Below, piece after piece: positions 27,373 to 40,025 of a stretch of 64,000 nucleotides of DNA (its first letter is position 1; the number at the start of each line of letters is the position of its first letter). The position numbers and the translations under genes are program-made. The stretch is from Octopus vulgaris (Eukaryota). The stretch is from contig OX597816.1 of NCBI GenBank assembly GCA_951406725.2, positions 131,750,001-131,814,000 of the forward strand, in the 5' to 3' direction. Below the pieces are notes generated by a model. That model did not search any database. It saw only the letters and a program-made list of their open reading frames with translations, and was not told where the DNA came from.

Positions 27373-28564
27373 CAGGGTGCATAAGATATTTGAGGATAGA
27401 TTTCTGTTTATAAAAGAAACAGATATATAATAACAGATAATAACTTTATTTATCAAAAAATGCTATAAGGATAAAAATAAACCTTCTTTTTATAATGTTA
27501 TTCAATAAAGCCACCTTCAACTTCAACACCTGCTTCTATATGAGATCTAAATCATCTACATGCTTGAATCAAGTGGTCCTGGTTCTCTCTCAACAACGCT
27601 CTACATGTAATAGTCCAATGGATTGAGATCTGGGGAATTAAGAGGCCAAATGTTAGGGGCTATGTGATCATGTAAATTTTCAGCCATCCATTCCTGTATT
27701 ACTAGAGCCATGTCTGATAGTACAGAGTCTTACTGAAACACATATGGCCTTCCATTGCATACACTGTCTATCTAGGGTTTAACAATTATTTCCAGGACCT
27801 CAATGTAGGCAACAGAGTTAACTGTAAGGCCTTGTGGAAAGAAGTAAGGTGGCATCACATGTCATTCATTGCTGACAACCCCTAAAACCATGACAGTTGC
27901 AGGAAATTTTGTATGCATAACACTTGGAACTTCAGAAGGGTCTGCATATAACCATCTGTCATTTCTTCTCTTAACTTTTTGATCTTGGTTAAAGTTTTTC
28001 TCGTTTGAAAAAAACCAAATCAAATCTTCTTCTGCTGGATTTTTCAGTATGTTTAAGAGCCTTTTATATCTGATGTAGTGATTTTCTTTCGGTTTTTCTG
28101 ACAAATTGACCATTCCTCATCATATAAGACTTATATCTGATGTCTTCGTGGACAGCATTTCTGATTGTTCCTTCTGATACACGGAAATCTTTTGCAGTTG
28201 ACCTCATGGACTTTCTGGGATTGTAATCAATGGTCTGTTGAACTTGCTGGATAAATTCAGGTGTTCTGATGATTTCAGAGCATTTAGAATGATTTTTATG
28301 CTTTGATATAGGTGATATGTCTCCATATTCAGTCTCAAGCTCCTTACAAACCTTCCAGATGAAAGATCTGGCAACTTTTAAAAATCAAGATATTTCTAAA
28401 TCGCTATGCTCAGCTTTTATAACCACAATAACAGCATGCCTCTTCATTTCTTGAGTAAGCTGAGTCTGCCATTATTATTTTCTGAAACAAAGATTATACA
28501 GAATTAGCAAAAAATGCAGCAATGATCCAAAAAAGGTATGTCCTCAAATACCTTACACACCCTG
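27373..28564 (-). mobile_element. Near full-length maT (DD37D) transposon, inactivated
   Basis: TIRs CAGGGTGCATAAGATATTTGAGGA / CAGGGTGTGTAAGGTATTTGAGGA with TA on both flanks. FFSNEKNF motif; 37 residues counted between the second D and the D of SPDLNPLDY. Confidence 0.92.
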
Positions 28565-29133
28565 TATGTATGTATGTATGTATGTATGTATGTATGTATG
28601 TATGTATGTATGTATGTATGTATGTATGTATGTATGTATGTATGTATGTATGCATGTACGTATATATACACACACACACACATATATATAAATATATACA
28701 CACACATGTATGTATGTATATTGAATATAATGGTTGTTGCATCTTTTTTCCTGTAGCAAAATAATTTGACTACATGTCCTGTGAAGTAAAATGCTTACAG
28801 ACAAAAGAGATAAGGAATTCTTCTAGTTTATATTTTGGCAACACTGTTATCTTAGAATGTTATTCTATCTTCATAAAGGGTGAGACATGTCTATGCTAAA
28901 AAAAATGTAACTGAATGGGAGGTTTTGTTAATGTATATTTTATACTTTTAATTCTGTATTTCCAGTGATTAATTTTGGTCCATTTATTTCATAATTTACG
29001 TTTTTTATTTTTATTTCTATTAATATATTTTATTTTTTATGACTTGTATCTATTTGAATCTATGTGTTGCTGTTTCCAAGAGAATGCTAAAACTAGAATA
29101 TAAGTATAAAACAATCCAGTAGTTCTCTTAAAG

Positions 29134-29265
29134 CCACTCACCTGATGATGTGTGAGTATGCAGCTATTGCTAGACCATATTTATATAATAGTATGTATAA
29201 TATGTGAAACATTCAGAAGCAACTAACAGCTGTTGCTAATGCACAGAAACAATTGTTGTGAATGG
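29134..29265 (+). ncRNA. Type I hammerhead ribozyme motif with long stem II insert (Penelope pLTR-like context about 28950-29420)
   Basis: CCACTCAC-CTGATGA-TGTGTG..TGCACA-GAAAC-AATT-GTT-GTGAATGG. Confidence 0.65.
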
Positions 29266-29943
29266 ATTAAAGCCTGTTCATTCTATTTTCTTGAACTAGA
29301 AATATTTTGTTGCATGAATTCTGCATATACTAACGGATTTCCACATGTACATCCACTAAAAGCAATTATCTTGCTGTATGATAACACATAGTAGCCAATA
29401 CTATTTTGAGAAGCTTCAAAATACACATTATGTGGTTATTACCCAGATGATATTACACACACACACACACGTGCACACACACACATACACACACACACAC
29501 ACAGACACACACTTACACATACACATACACACACAATAGACTTCTTTCAGTTTTCATCGCCCAAATTCTCTCACTGGACTTTGGTTAGCCTGAGGCTATA
29601 AAAGAAGACACTTGCCCAAGGTGCCACATAGTGGAACTGAACCTGAAACCAAGTGGTTGAGGAGCAAACCTCTTGCCACACAGCTATGCTTTGTTTTGAC
29701 ATTGCATGATAGTTGTAAATGAGTCTCTCAATCACACAAGCAGTGTCATTCATTTCAAACCCACTCTAAAAACATGTCCAGCATTGGGAAAATATTACCT
29801 TGCTTAGAGATGGATAAGAATTGATGATAGAAAGGGTATCTGACTGTAGAAAATCTGCCTCAACAAATTCTTTCAGACTCATGCAAACATTGAAAAGAGG
29901 ATATTACACAATGATGATGATGATGATGATGTGGTTGTTGTTT

Positions 29944-29975
<32 letters not shown>

Positions 29976-30249
29976 TATTATTATTATTATCATTCTTATT
30001 ATTATCATCAAAGTGGCAAGCTGGCAGGCTCATTAGTACACTGGGCAAAATGCTCAGTGGTATTTCAGCCATTGCTACGTTCTGAGTTCAAATTCTGCCG
30101 AGGTTGACGTTGCCTTTCAACTTTGCGGGGTCGATAAATTAAGTACCAGTTGAGTACTGGGATCGAATGTCTCCCACACCACAAAATCCAAGCTTTGTGC
30201 CCATAGTAGAAAGGATCATTATTATTATCACTATTATTTTTATCATTAG

Positions 30250-31420
30250 TCTGTGCCAGCATCCTCTGGATAGTGGATTAGGTATGCAATGGATCTTAAC
30301 GTGCAGACATGCACTTAGGTTACACTGCAATGATTTGGGGATGGTGAGTGTGTGTGGGCTCTATTTGTGAGGCTCATCTCCTTGATAAAGCTGCAGTCCT
30401 GGGTGAAGAAAAGACTGAGACTGGACACCTGCCACCAAGAATGTCATCAGGCACTCATAGCCCTCTATCAGTTGGGTAATGGGATAGGTGGATGTTCTGC
30501 TTTAGAAATTTATAGAGAATTATTGACAAGTGCAACGATATTCTCAGGGAGACTCTGGGTGCCAATAAGAATGAACTGGCTAGTCTGTTCTGGAGGACTT
30601 TCTGGTTGGGATCTACCATGGTTAATTTCGAAATGTCCTTGGCCTGGCAGTGCTACTGGTTCGAGATAAACTCTACAGACATGGATGTATTATCAGACAG
30701 GTTTGTCCAAGGTGCATGCAGAGTGATGAAACCATTCTGCATGCTCTTGTCCAGTGTTCCAGGCATTGCTAACATGTGGGGTTATGTTGAACAGCTGCTG
30801 TTATGTGTGCCAAGTCTGTAGTGATGATTGCACCGCCACCCTCCTTCATTCAGGCAGGCACGGCAGTTTTCCTTTGCCTGGTGACTGTGGTGAAAGGGGT
30901 TGTTTGGTGGACAAAGCTGAAAAGCATGAAGACAGATACATTCCTCTTTGGTAGAACTTTCATTGTCTTCTTCAAGTTTCATTTGAGAAGGAAACTGAGA
31001 GTTGAGAGGAAAAGGAAACTGTCCTCGAGTGAGTTTACTGAAAGGTGGGTGAAAGTTGTGAAAATGGCAAGAGTGGATGGTACCTTTCTAAGTGTAGACC
31101 TATGAGTCAGAGAGAAAGAATTGGAGAAAGGACTTGTTCCTGGGGTTTTGGGGAAATCCCCAGGAACAAGTGTGTCCTTGATTATCCCTAGAGGTCTTCC
31201 TGTATCAGGAAGGCCACATCTCTATCATCCTCCCCACTACTGTTTTTTTTAAGCCTTTTTATGCTACACATATCTCCCTTCTTTTTCAGTGAATACCATG
31301 TATACTTTCTTTCTTTCTTCCACTTTTTTTTTATCATTTCATTATATGTAAACTCACACACTTTATGTCTGTCTTAGTATTACCCTTTCATTCTTCGCCC
31401 TTATGACAAATAAATGAAAT
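30250..31420 (+). mobile_element. L1/Tx1-clade non-LTR retrotransposon 3' portion
   Basis: Frameshifted RDKLYRHG..CPRCMQSDETILHALVQC (CX2CX8HX4C, zf-RVT-like). Pyrimidine-rich 3'UTR, AATAAA, then an (ATT/ATC)n tail. Confidence 0.7.
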
Positions 31421-31595
31421 CATTATTATTATTATTGTTGTTATCATCATCATCATCATCATTATCGTCGTCATCATCATCATCATCATCATCATCATTA
31501 TTATTATTTATTATTGCCACCTTCATGCCATCCTAGTCATTAGAATACAATTACACCTTTATACTAAGGGCAAATGTCTATATATGTATATCTGA

Positions 31596-31640
<45 letters not shown>

Positions 31641-32349
31641 ATGTGCACGTGTGTGTGTGTATTATGGTAAGTCACAAGGCACCTGATGATAATCAGTGAA
31701 TATACAAATAAAACATTAATATAGTTTAATAGTAAAGAAAACCCAGACTATGCATAGGAATAACACATTAAAAAGAATTTTTTATACATCTAACACTGAT
31801 TAAAGTTTTTCAACTTACTATATTACAAATATACATACATATATATATATACATACACACACATATGTATACATATATGTGTGTGTGTATATATATATGT
31901 GTATGTGTGTATATATATATATACACATATATATATATATACACACACACATATATATGTGTGTGTGTGTATGTGTGTGAGTGTGTGTGTGAGTGTGTGT
32001 GTGTATGTGTGTGTGTTTGTGAGTCTGTGTGTATAAAATATCTCAACTGTATTTATATTTAGTAAGCAGAATGCTTCCCTGAGGTATCTTTTGTCAGTCA
32101 TATTGTTGCCATTCTTACTCTTAACTGTGTTAACTATGTACAGAACCATAAGTTCTTTTATTTTTCAGTTATTAATATGTGCAAGCATGGCTGTGTGGTT
32201 AAGATGCTTGCTTTGCAACCTTATACTTTTGGGTTCAATTACACAGTGCAGCACCTTGGGCTATTGACTTGTACTTTATCTCCAGCTGATTGATTGCTTT
32301 ATGAATGAATTTGGTAGATGGAACCACATGTGAAAACTCCTCATGTATA

Positions 32350-32399
<50 letters not shown>

Positions 32400-32403
<4 letters not shown>

Positions 32404-32595
32404 ATCCAAAGAAGAACAAACAAGAAAAAACAACAATACAAGGACTTGGTACAAGTACTCTGTTATTGGACTCTCAGGAAAAGAAAGAAAAGAAAGAGGA
32501 TTTTACATTTCAAGTGGAGCTCTTCATCAGAAATATAGAAAAAGTCCAAAGAAGGGAAGATGGAGAAAGAAAATCACCAACAATACACATGTGAT

Positions 32596-32600
<5 letters not shown>
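32400..32600 (-). mobile_element. ~200-bp Penelope pLTR-like element between two (TA)n arrays, with minimal hammerhead at 32502-32533
   Basis: Minus strand TTT-CTGATGA-AGAGCTCCACTT-GAAA-TGTA-AAA, readable as CpG-decayed GCTCGAAACGTA. Confidence 0.65.
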
Positions 32601-32661
<61 letters not shown>

Positions 32662-33468
32662 AAAACCTATCCTCCACAGCAGAATTGATACTGGTGCTGG
32701 TGCCACATAAAAAGGACCCAGTACACTCTGTGGAGTGGTTGGTGTTAGAAAGGGCATCTAGCCATAGAAATCATGCCAGAACAGACAATGAAGCTTGGTG
32801 TGACCCCTGGCCTTTTCAGCTCTGATCAAACCGTCCAACCCATGCCAGCATGGAAAACAGACATTAAATGATGTGAGGATGATGATGATGTTGATGATGA
32901 TGATGCATGTGTGTGTGTGGATGTGTGTGTTGGAGGGAGTAGTAGTTGTGTTTATGTGTGTGTCTTCATTACTGTGTTTGTCCCTTACTACTGCTTGACA
33001 ACTGGTGTTGGTTTGTTTACATCCTCATAACTTAGCAATTTGACAAAAGAAGCTGATAGAATAAGTACCAGATTATATTAGAATAAGTACTGGAGTTGAT
33101 TTGTCTGACCAAAAATATCTTTACTGGACTGCAGTGCCCCAGTATAACCACATTCCAAATGACTGTCACAAGTAAAAACAATAAAGAGCATGTAAAATTA
33201 TGGCTTCCTTAGAGACACAACACAATGACTGTAGTAAAATTTGAACTTATGACTATGCAGTCAAAAATCTGACACTTTCACCTCACTTGCTTCTTTCATT
33301 CATGTTTAACACTTTAGGAAGACTGTGTAATTAATTGAAGCCATCCATTTACAGCTTTCTTGACAATTCACCTTTGGGAACAATCATACTCTCTATCATA
33401 ATTTTTTGCTATTTTGAAATGAATTATATCAACTCAGCTAAACACGCCATTTGGATAATATACATACA

Positions 33469-33567
<99 letters not shown>

Positions 33568-33629
33568 ATACATTTAAACACATAAGAGATGACCATAATA
33601 GGACATCTGACTCACTAGAAAGAGCAGTC

Positions 33630-33687
<58 letters not shown>

Positions 33688-34093
33688 GTATATATATGCA
33701 TGCACATGTGTATCTATGTATGTATGTATAATATATTTGCCAACTAAAAGACATATATATGTGCAAACATACATATATATACATATGTATATATATATGC
33801 GCGTGTGTGTGTGTGTGTATATATACATACATGTGTGTGTGTGTGTGTATGTGCATATAAATAAATAAAGATATTATAAGTGGCCAGCAAACATTAAAGC
33901 CAAAAAGGCGAATTTTTTAATTTATAATTAATTATTAATTATAATTCAAGGTACACGAAGTATCATTGATAAAAATAAGAGTTGAAAGATACTCAAATTA
34001 GCCACCATTTCACTGAAAATACAACAGGCTGACAAAAATCAAAGGACAAGCAAAATTTAAGTTACCATTGCAGCAAATGAGGATCACAGATAT

Positions 34094-34148
34094 CCCTATA
34101 TTACATGATTTCGAACTTTGAGATATTTCCCTTAGCTCATCAGTAGGG
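34094..34148 (-). ncRNA. Type I hammerhead ribozyme motif (in an AT-rich pLTR-like element about 33880-34350)
   Basis: CCCTA-CTGATGA-GCTAAGGGAAATATCTCAAAGTTC-GAAA-TCATGTAA-TA-TAGGG; perfect 5-bp stem I. Confidence 0.75.
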
Positions 34149-34374
34149 TTAGGTCTCACTGTTAGCCATGGGTTAAATATATGCTCACTTCGTCATATTT
34201 GTGAAGATTGTTGAAAGATTCGTGCCAAATTCATACAATGTCACTGTATAATTATACATAAACAAGTAAAGGTATTATTATTCAGCTTATTTGAGTATTT
34301 TTTGACTCTTATTTCTAGCAATACTGGTACTTTGTGTACCCTCAATCATAATTAATAATTATGCATATACATAT

Positions 34375-35665
34375 TGATGTTGATGTCTCCTCAAGCACAG
34401 CAGGTTGCCCTACGATCCAAGGTTAGCACAGCAGGCCGTCCTGCGAGCCATGAACTCACTTCATTTATTAGGTCTTCACTGTCACAGCATATCCCCAGAG
34501 GTCTTGGCTTTCATCATAGCCTCTGTGAGGCCCAACGTTCGAAGGTCTTGCTTGACCACCTCATCCCATGTCTTCCTGGGTCTACCTCTACCCCAGATTC
34601 CTTCAACAGTTTGGGAGTGGCACTTCTTTACACATTTCTTCTCATCCATCCGTAGTACATGACCATACCAACACAAACGTCTCTCCTGCACGCCACATCC
34701 GATGCTTCTCATGTCCAACATTTCTCTCAGGATGCTTACACTCTGTCATGCATGGACACTGACATTACACATCCAGCGGATCATGCTAGCTTCATTTCTT
34801 TCAAGCCTACACATGTCCTCTGCAGTCACAGCCCATGTTTCACTACCGTGAAGCATGGCAGTTCACACACATGCATCGTACAATCTACCTTTCACTCTGA
34901 GCTAGAGACCCTTTGTCACCAGTAGGGGTAGAAGCTTCCTAAACTTTGCCCAGGCTATTCTTATTCTAGTGGTAACACTCTCTGAGCATCCACCCCCACT
35001 ACTAACTTGGTCACCTAGGTAGCTGAAATTATCAACTACTTCTAGCTTCTTCCCCTGGAGTGTGGTGGAATCTGTTTTCTGAGTATCTGTGGCGTCTACT
35101 GCTCCTGTGCATCTGCTGCACACAAAAGCTATCTTCTCAGTTAATTTTCCTTTGATGTTGCTGCACCTTTTATGTGTCCATAGCTTGTGCATCTGCTGCA
35201 CACAAAAGCTATCTTCTCAGTTAATTTTCCTTTGATGTTGCTGCACCTTTTATGTGTCCATAGCTTGTGCATCTGCTGCACACAAAAGCTATCTTCTCGG
35301 TTAATTTTCCTTTGATGTTGCTGCACCTCTTATGTGTCCATAGCTCACACTGGGTACATCATATGGAGTTTCTACCTACACCTTTTCTACAGATCGAGCA
35401 GGGCCACCTACCTAAGGGGGTGTGGGATGAGTTCGCCTTCCTACTTACTAGAACTTTGGTCTTTGCTACATTGTCTCTAAGGCCTTTTGATTCTAAACCT
35501 TACTTCCACACACGAAATTTCTTTTCTAGTTCCGCTAGTGATTCTGCTATAAGGGCCAGGTCATCAGCATAAAGGATCCCCAGTGGCAACCCTGGGAGCT
35601 CCTTTCTTGAATTCCTCTGTTATTGCCTTGAATTCCTTGGTCTTGAATTCCTCTGTTATTGCCTA
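34375..35665 (-). mobile_element. RTE LINE 3' half with an internal 80-bp triplication
   Basis: YADD-region remnants, PHD finger, FSYLGD, RRLCWYGHV..RGRPRKTW (ORF 34482-34721). Confidence 0.9.
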
Positions 35666-35679
35666 ACAAGATTATATGA

Positions 35680-35975
35680 AATAGAATTAAAAATCAAATG
35701 GATATTGTAGTTGTGATGCTCATGCTGGTGGCATGCTGGGCCTCACAGAGGCAATGACAAAAGACCGAGACCTCTGAGATATGCTGTGACCATGAAGACC
35801 CGACAAATGAAGTGAGTTCATGACTCGCAGGATGGCCTGCTGTGCTAACCTTGGATCGTAGGGTGACCCACTGTGCTTGAGGAGACCTATTGAGTCAAGT
35901 ACATCAACATCAACATCAAAATAAAAATCAAATGGAAATTGTAGTTGTGATACTCATGAGTGGTTGGCATTAGGA
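35680..35975 (+). mobile_element. RTE 3' end fragment, inverted relative to 34375-34537
   Basis: 35737-35915 is the reverse complement of 34375-34537. Confidence 0.8.
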
Positions 35976-35980
35976 CAACA

Positions 35981-36032
<52 letters not shown>

Positions 36033-36364
36033 ACCACACGCACACATAGAAAGAGAGAGTCAACAGATGTGACTGAGGGAATCTCAATATAGAAAACACA
36101 TTGTAGCACTCAAATGATTTGAAGTTACACTCTGATATCTTTACCAAGGACCAAGTCAGGAGGGCAAAGAGTGGTTATAAGGGAAACCCAAGTGAACGGA
36201 TATGGAGATAACAATTCAAATAAACTGATAAACACCTTGGGTTTTAATGTACAAAATATACATACATCTATATATGCATATATATTTTGTATATTAAAAC
36301 CAAGGTTTTATCTGTTCATTTGAATCATTCTCTCTCCCTCCCTCTCTCTCTCCCTGTATATATA

Positions 36365-37638
36365 TTAGGTTGTCAAGTATGAAATTTGTAGTAAGGTATA
36401 TGTTAAACTTTGACACTGCTCATTTTGTGCCATTATTACATTTTGACAATCTTTATTTTTTGTAAGAAAGCTGACACATCAATTTATTTATTCCAAGTCA
36501 TTTTGTACTTTATTAAGTATTTATAAATCGTTTTTTTTTTTTTTGCTATTTTTGTTTAGAGATGGATAAGTCAGAAATTCATACATTTTTGAAATATGAG
36601 TTCTTTCTTGGAAATACAGCATCACAGACAGCTCAGAAAATTAATGGAATATTTCATTTGAATATTATTACACAGCAGACAGTAAATTGGTTTGCAAAAT
36701 TTCGTTCTGGTAACTTTGACCTCACAAATGAGCAACACGGTTGACCAGAAACAAAGGTGGATAATGACAAACTGAAAGCCACCATAAAGTCAGATCCATC
36801 TCAAAGTGCCCGTGAATTATCATTGTTGTTTGGTGTTAGCAAGCAATCAATATTGATTCACCTAGTTCAAATCGGTAAAATGAAAAAGTTGGATAAGTGG
36901 GTTCCACATGAATTCAATGATAATCAGAAACAGCAACGTTTGGAAGCCTGCATTATGCTACTCTCTTGTCATAAAAATGAATAATTTTTGAATTGAATTG
37001 TAACATGTGATGAGAAATGGATCCAATACAACAACCATAAATGTTCAGCACAATGGTTGAACAAAGATGAGCTACCAAAACACAGTCCAAAAAGCAAAAT
37101 TCATCAAAAGAAGCTGATGGTGAGTGTTTGGTGGACTGGCACAGGTGTGATCCAATATGATTTCATTAAACCTGGCTCATCAATTACAGCCAACTGGACC
37201 AAATGATGTAGAAACTTACGAACAAAACAGATTAGATTAGTCAACAGATCCACTCCTATTTTATTGCAAGACAATGCCAGACCACACATTGCAAAAATAA
37301 TATTGGCAAAATTACAGGAGTTGGAGTTGGAAGTCCTCCATCATCCACCATACTCACCTGATCTTGTCCCAACTGACCACTTCTTCCAGAATTTGGATAA
37401 CTTTTTGATAGGAAAAAAATTTAATTCTGATGATGCTGTAAAATAGGCCTTCCAAGATTTTATTGCTCCAGATTGCCAGGCTTTTACAGTTCCGGGCTGG
37501 ACAAGCTACCACTGAAATGGCAAAAGTGTATTGACAATATGTGTGCATACTTTGATGAATAAAATTATTCCTTGTATTTATAAAACATTGGCAAACTTTT
37601 TTTTTTCTTTTCTACAAATTTCATACTTAACGACCTAA
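36365..37638 (+). mobile_element. Full-length inactivated mariner (DD34D; Hsmar1/cecropia-like motifs)
   Basis: 27-bp TIRs TTAGGT(T/C)GT(C/T)AAGTATGAAATTTGTAG (25/27). Motifs KKLDKWVPHE, TCDEKW, QDNARPH, YSPDLVPTD; D-34-D counted; several stops. Confidence 0.95.
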
Positions 37639-37924
37639 TCTATATATAAGTGTGTGTGTGTGTCTGTCTGTCTGTCTGCAAATGCACACATATATATGTA
37701 TGTGCATTCACAGAGACACATACATACATACATATATGAACACAAACATGTGCATGTGTTTGTGTGTGTATGTGCATGTATAAATATAGATAGATATATA
37801 TATAAATATATTTACACACATGCACACATATCCGCTAAAAGATTAGATGTACATACAATCAGTAGTAGTAGTAGTGGTAGCGGTAGTAGTGATGGTGGTA
37901 GTGGTGGTAGTAGCAGCAGCAGTG

Positions 37925-37976
<52 letters not shown>

Positions 37977-38321
37977 ATAAGAGAATTAATAATAAATGTA
38001 AAGGTTCCCCCTCCCTAATTATATAAGAAGTGTAATGAGGAGATGATACTTGTGCAGTTTTTCTCATACATCAATCAACTATGTAAGAGAAGTCAAGTGG
38101 TTTCTACTGGGAATAGAAACCAACTTGTAGCTTCATTTGCCAAGAACTTACCAAAAATACATGACTCTGCTTCATCCTTCTTCAGTAATACATTAGTAAT
38201 AGATATGAAAATGGATGGGTGGTTCAAAAGTTTGCTTTGCAACCAAGTGGTTCTGATTTCAATTCCACTCTGTGATACTTTAGGCTTATATCTATTACTA
38301 AATCCTAAGGTAAACCATAAT

Positions 38322-38645
38322 GAAGATGCATAGCTCAGTGGTTAGAGCATCGAGCTCACAATCACAAGGTAGTGAGTTCAGTTCCTGGACCGGGCTGTGT
38401 GTTGTGCTCTTGGGCAAGACACTTTATTTCGCGTTGCTCCAGTTCACTCATCTGTAGAAATGAGTTGTGATGTCACTGGTGCCAAGCTGCATCACCTTTG
38501 GATAACATTGGTAGCATGGAGAGGAGAGGCTGGTATGCATGGGCGACTGTTGGTTTTCCATAAACAATCTTGCTTGGATTTGTGTCTTGGAGGGTAACTT
38601 TCTAGGTGCAGCCCCATGGTCATTCATGATCAAGGTGGAGTCTTC
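38322..38645 (+). mobile_element. tRNA-derived SINE (62687-63023 family) nested in an older SINE
   Basis: A box TAGCTCAGTGG; body aligns to 59821-60160 and 62687-63023. Confidence 0.85.
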
Positions 38646-38741
38646 TCTCCTAGATAAACTATGTGAGTGTAATTTGGCAGATGGAAACTCTCAGAGCTCT
38701 CTCTCTCTCTCTCTCTCTTATGGTATCATGCTATTTTTAAT

Positions 38742-40025
38742 TGGCACACAATGAAGGTAACCTATAGTAACTCTGCTAATTTAGAACAGCTTATGCATCG
38801 CATAAACAATAACAAAATGTGACAAAGGTTCAATTACCTACCTAATGGATCTAGCAAACATATGCATCTAAATACTAACAAAGGAGATGTAAACCACAAT
38901 GAAAAATACTATTTACAGCCAAATTGTTATAGTAGAAATACTTATGATACAGCTAACATGGTGGCAACGTGGGTAAATGGAGTCAGGACTGCCTTATATA
39001 CAAATAAATACGATAAATAAAACAGTCAAATATTCAAATTTTAAAAGAACTCCAAATATAACAGTTTCTTGTCTCATGCAGGGAAAAATCAAAATGTCCA
39101 TTAATGAATCTCTGTATGAGTACAAATCTTGTATATAAATGTACCACGCACACAAGGGGAGGGCCATATGTTTACATTAGGCAAACAACTGATTGATTTA
39201 AGAACTGTTATCATAACCATATCACCAGCTTTAAGACAATCAATAAGAGACATTCAACATCTTTGGCTGATTTTGTATGGTGAATGAAAGAGGATAAAAT
39301 GGAATACAACATAACTTGGTCCATAGTAAGGTATGCGAAACCATACAATGTATTTTCCAGGAGATGCCATCTCTGCTCTGAGGAATCCCTATCTATTCTG
39401 TGGATTAATGAGAAGATCATTAAAAGAATTTCTGAAAGACTGTCAAGATACCTACATACATATAAGTGTACTTTCGCACAATGCAGTGCAAATGAATTTT
39501 GAGTAATTGTTAACATAATTTACTTTAAGGTATGGATGACTTAAGTTTACTGTTAACCTCTCCATTCCTACAAACACCAAGTAGATAGTTAACTTGCTTT
39601 GTGATCATGAGTGCATCAAACCTCACATGTGCATGTGCTCACGTTTCCGTGGATGCTAGTATGTGTGAGTACACTCATGCCATGCAGCTTGCCCAAGGGC
39701 GTTTGTTTATACATCCATATTTATTAACAGCTATTTTTAATAATTTTCTTGCTGTACTGTGTATTCATTTCTCTTTTCTTCATCTGTGATTTTATTTTTG
39801 GTCTTCTATGTAGAAGCTTTTCTTTCTACAAAATAAGAAGTTACATTGCGGAACTGTTACTTCAACAAGTTGTGTCTGTTTAAAACCCAATGAAATACAT
39901 CTGCACTGCTGGATGCTCCTGAACCAGTTGTTGAGTGCCCCACCCATGAGGGATCGATGCTAGATGTGTTGAAACAATTGTCGTAATTAATAAATTTTCG
40001 TATATTCCATTTTCTATTATTCATT

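Noticed and set aside
31682-31700. CTGATGA followed by a short hairpin
   Set aside because: No GAAA/NUH half and no stem I partner downstream
35110-35345. Regularly spaced repeats suggesting a CRISPR-like array
   Set aside because: Head-to-tail 80-bp copies of RTE coding sequence with no spacers and no cas genes
36562-37560. SETMAR or another domesticated transposase gene
   Set aside because: Multiple stops and frameshifts, TIRs present, no SET domain
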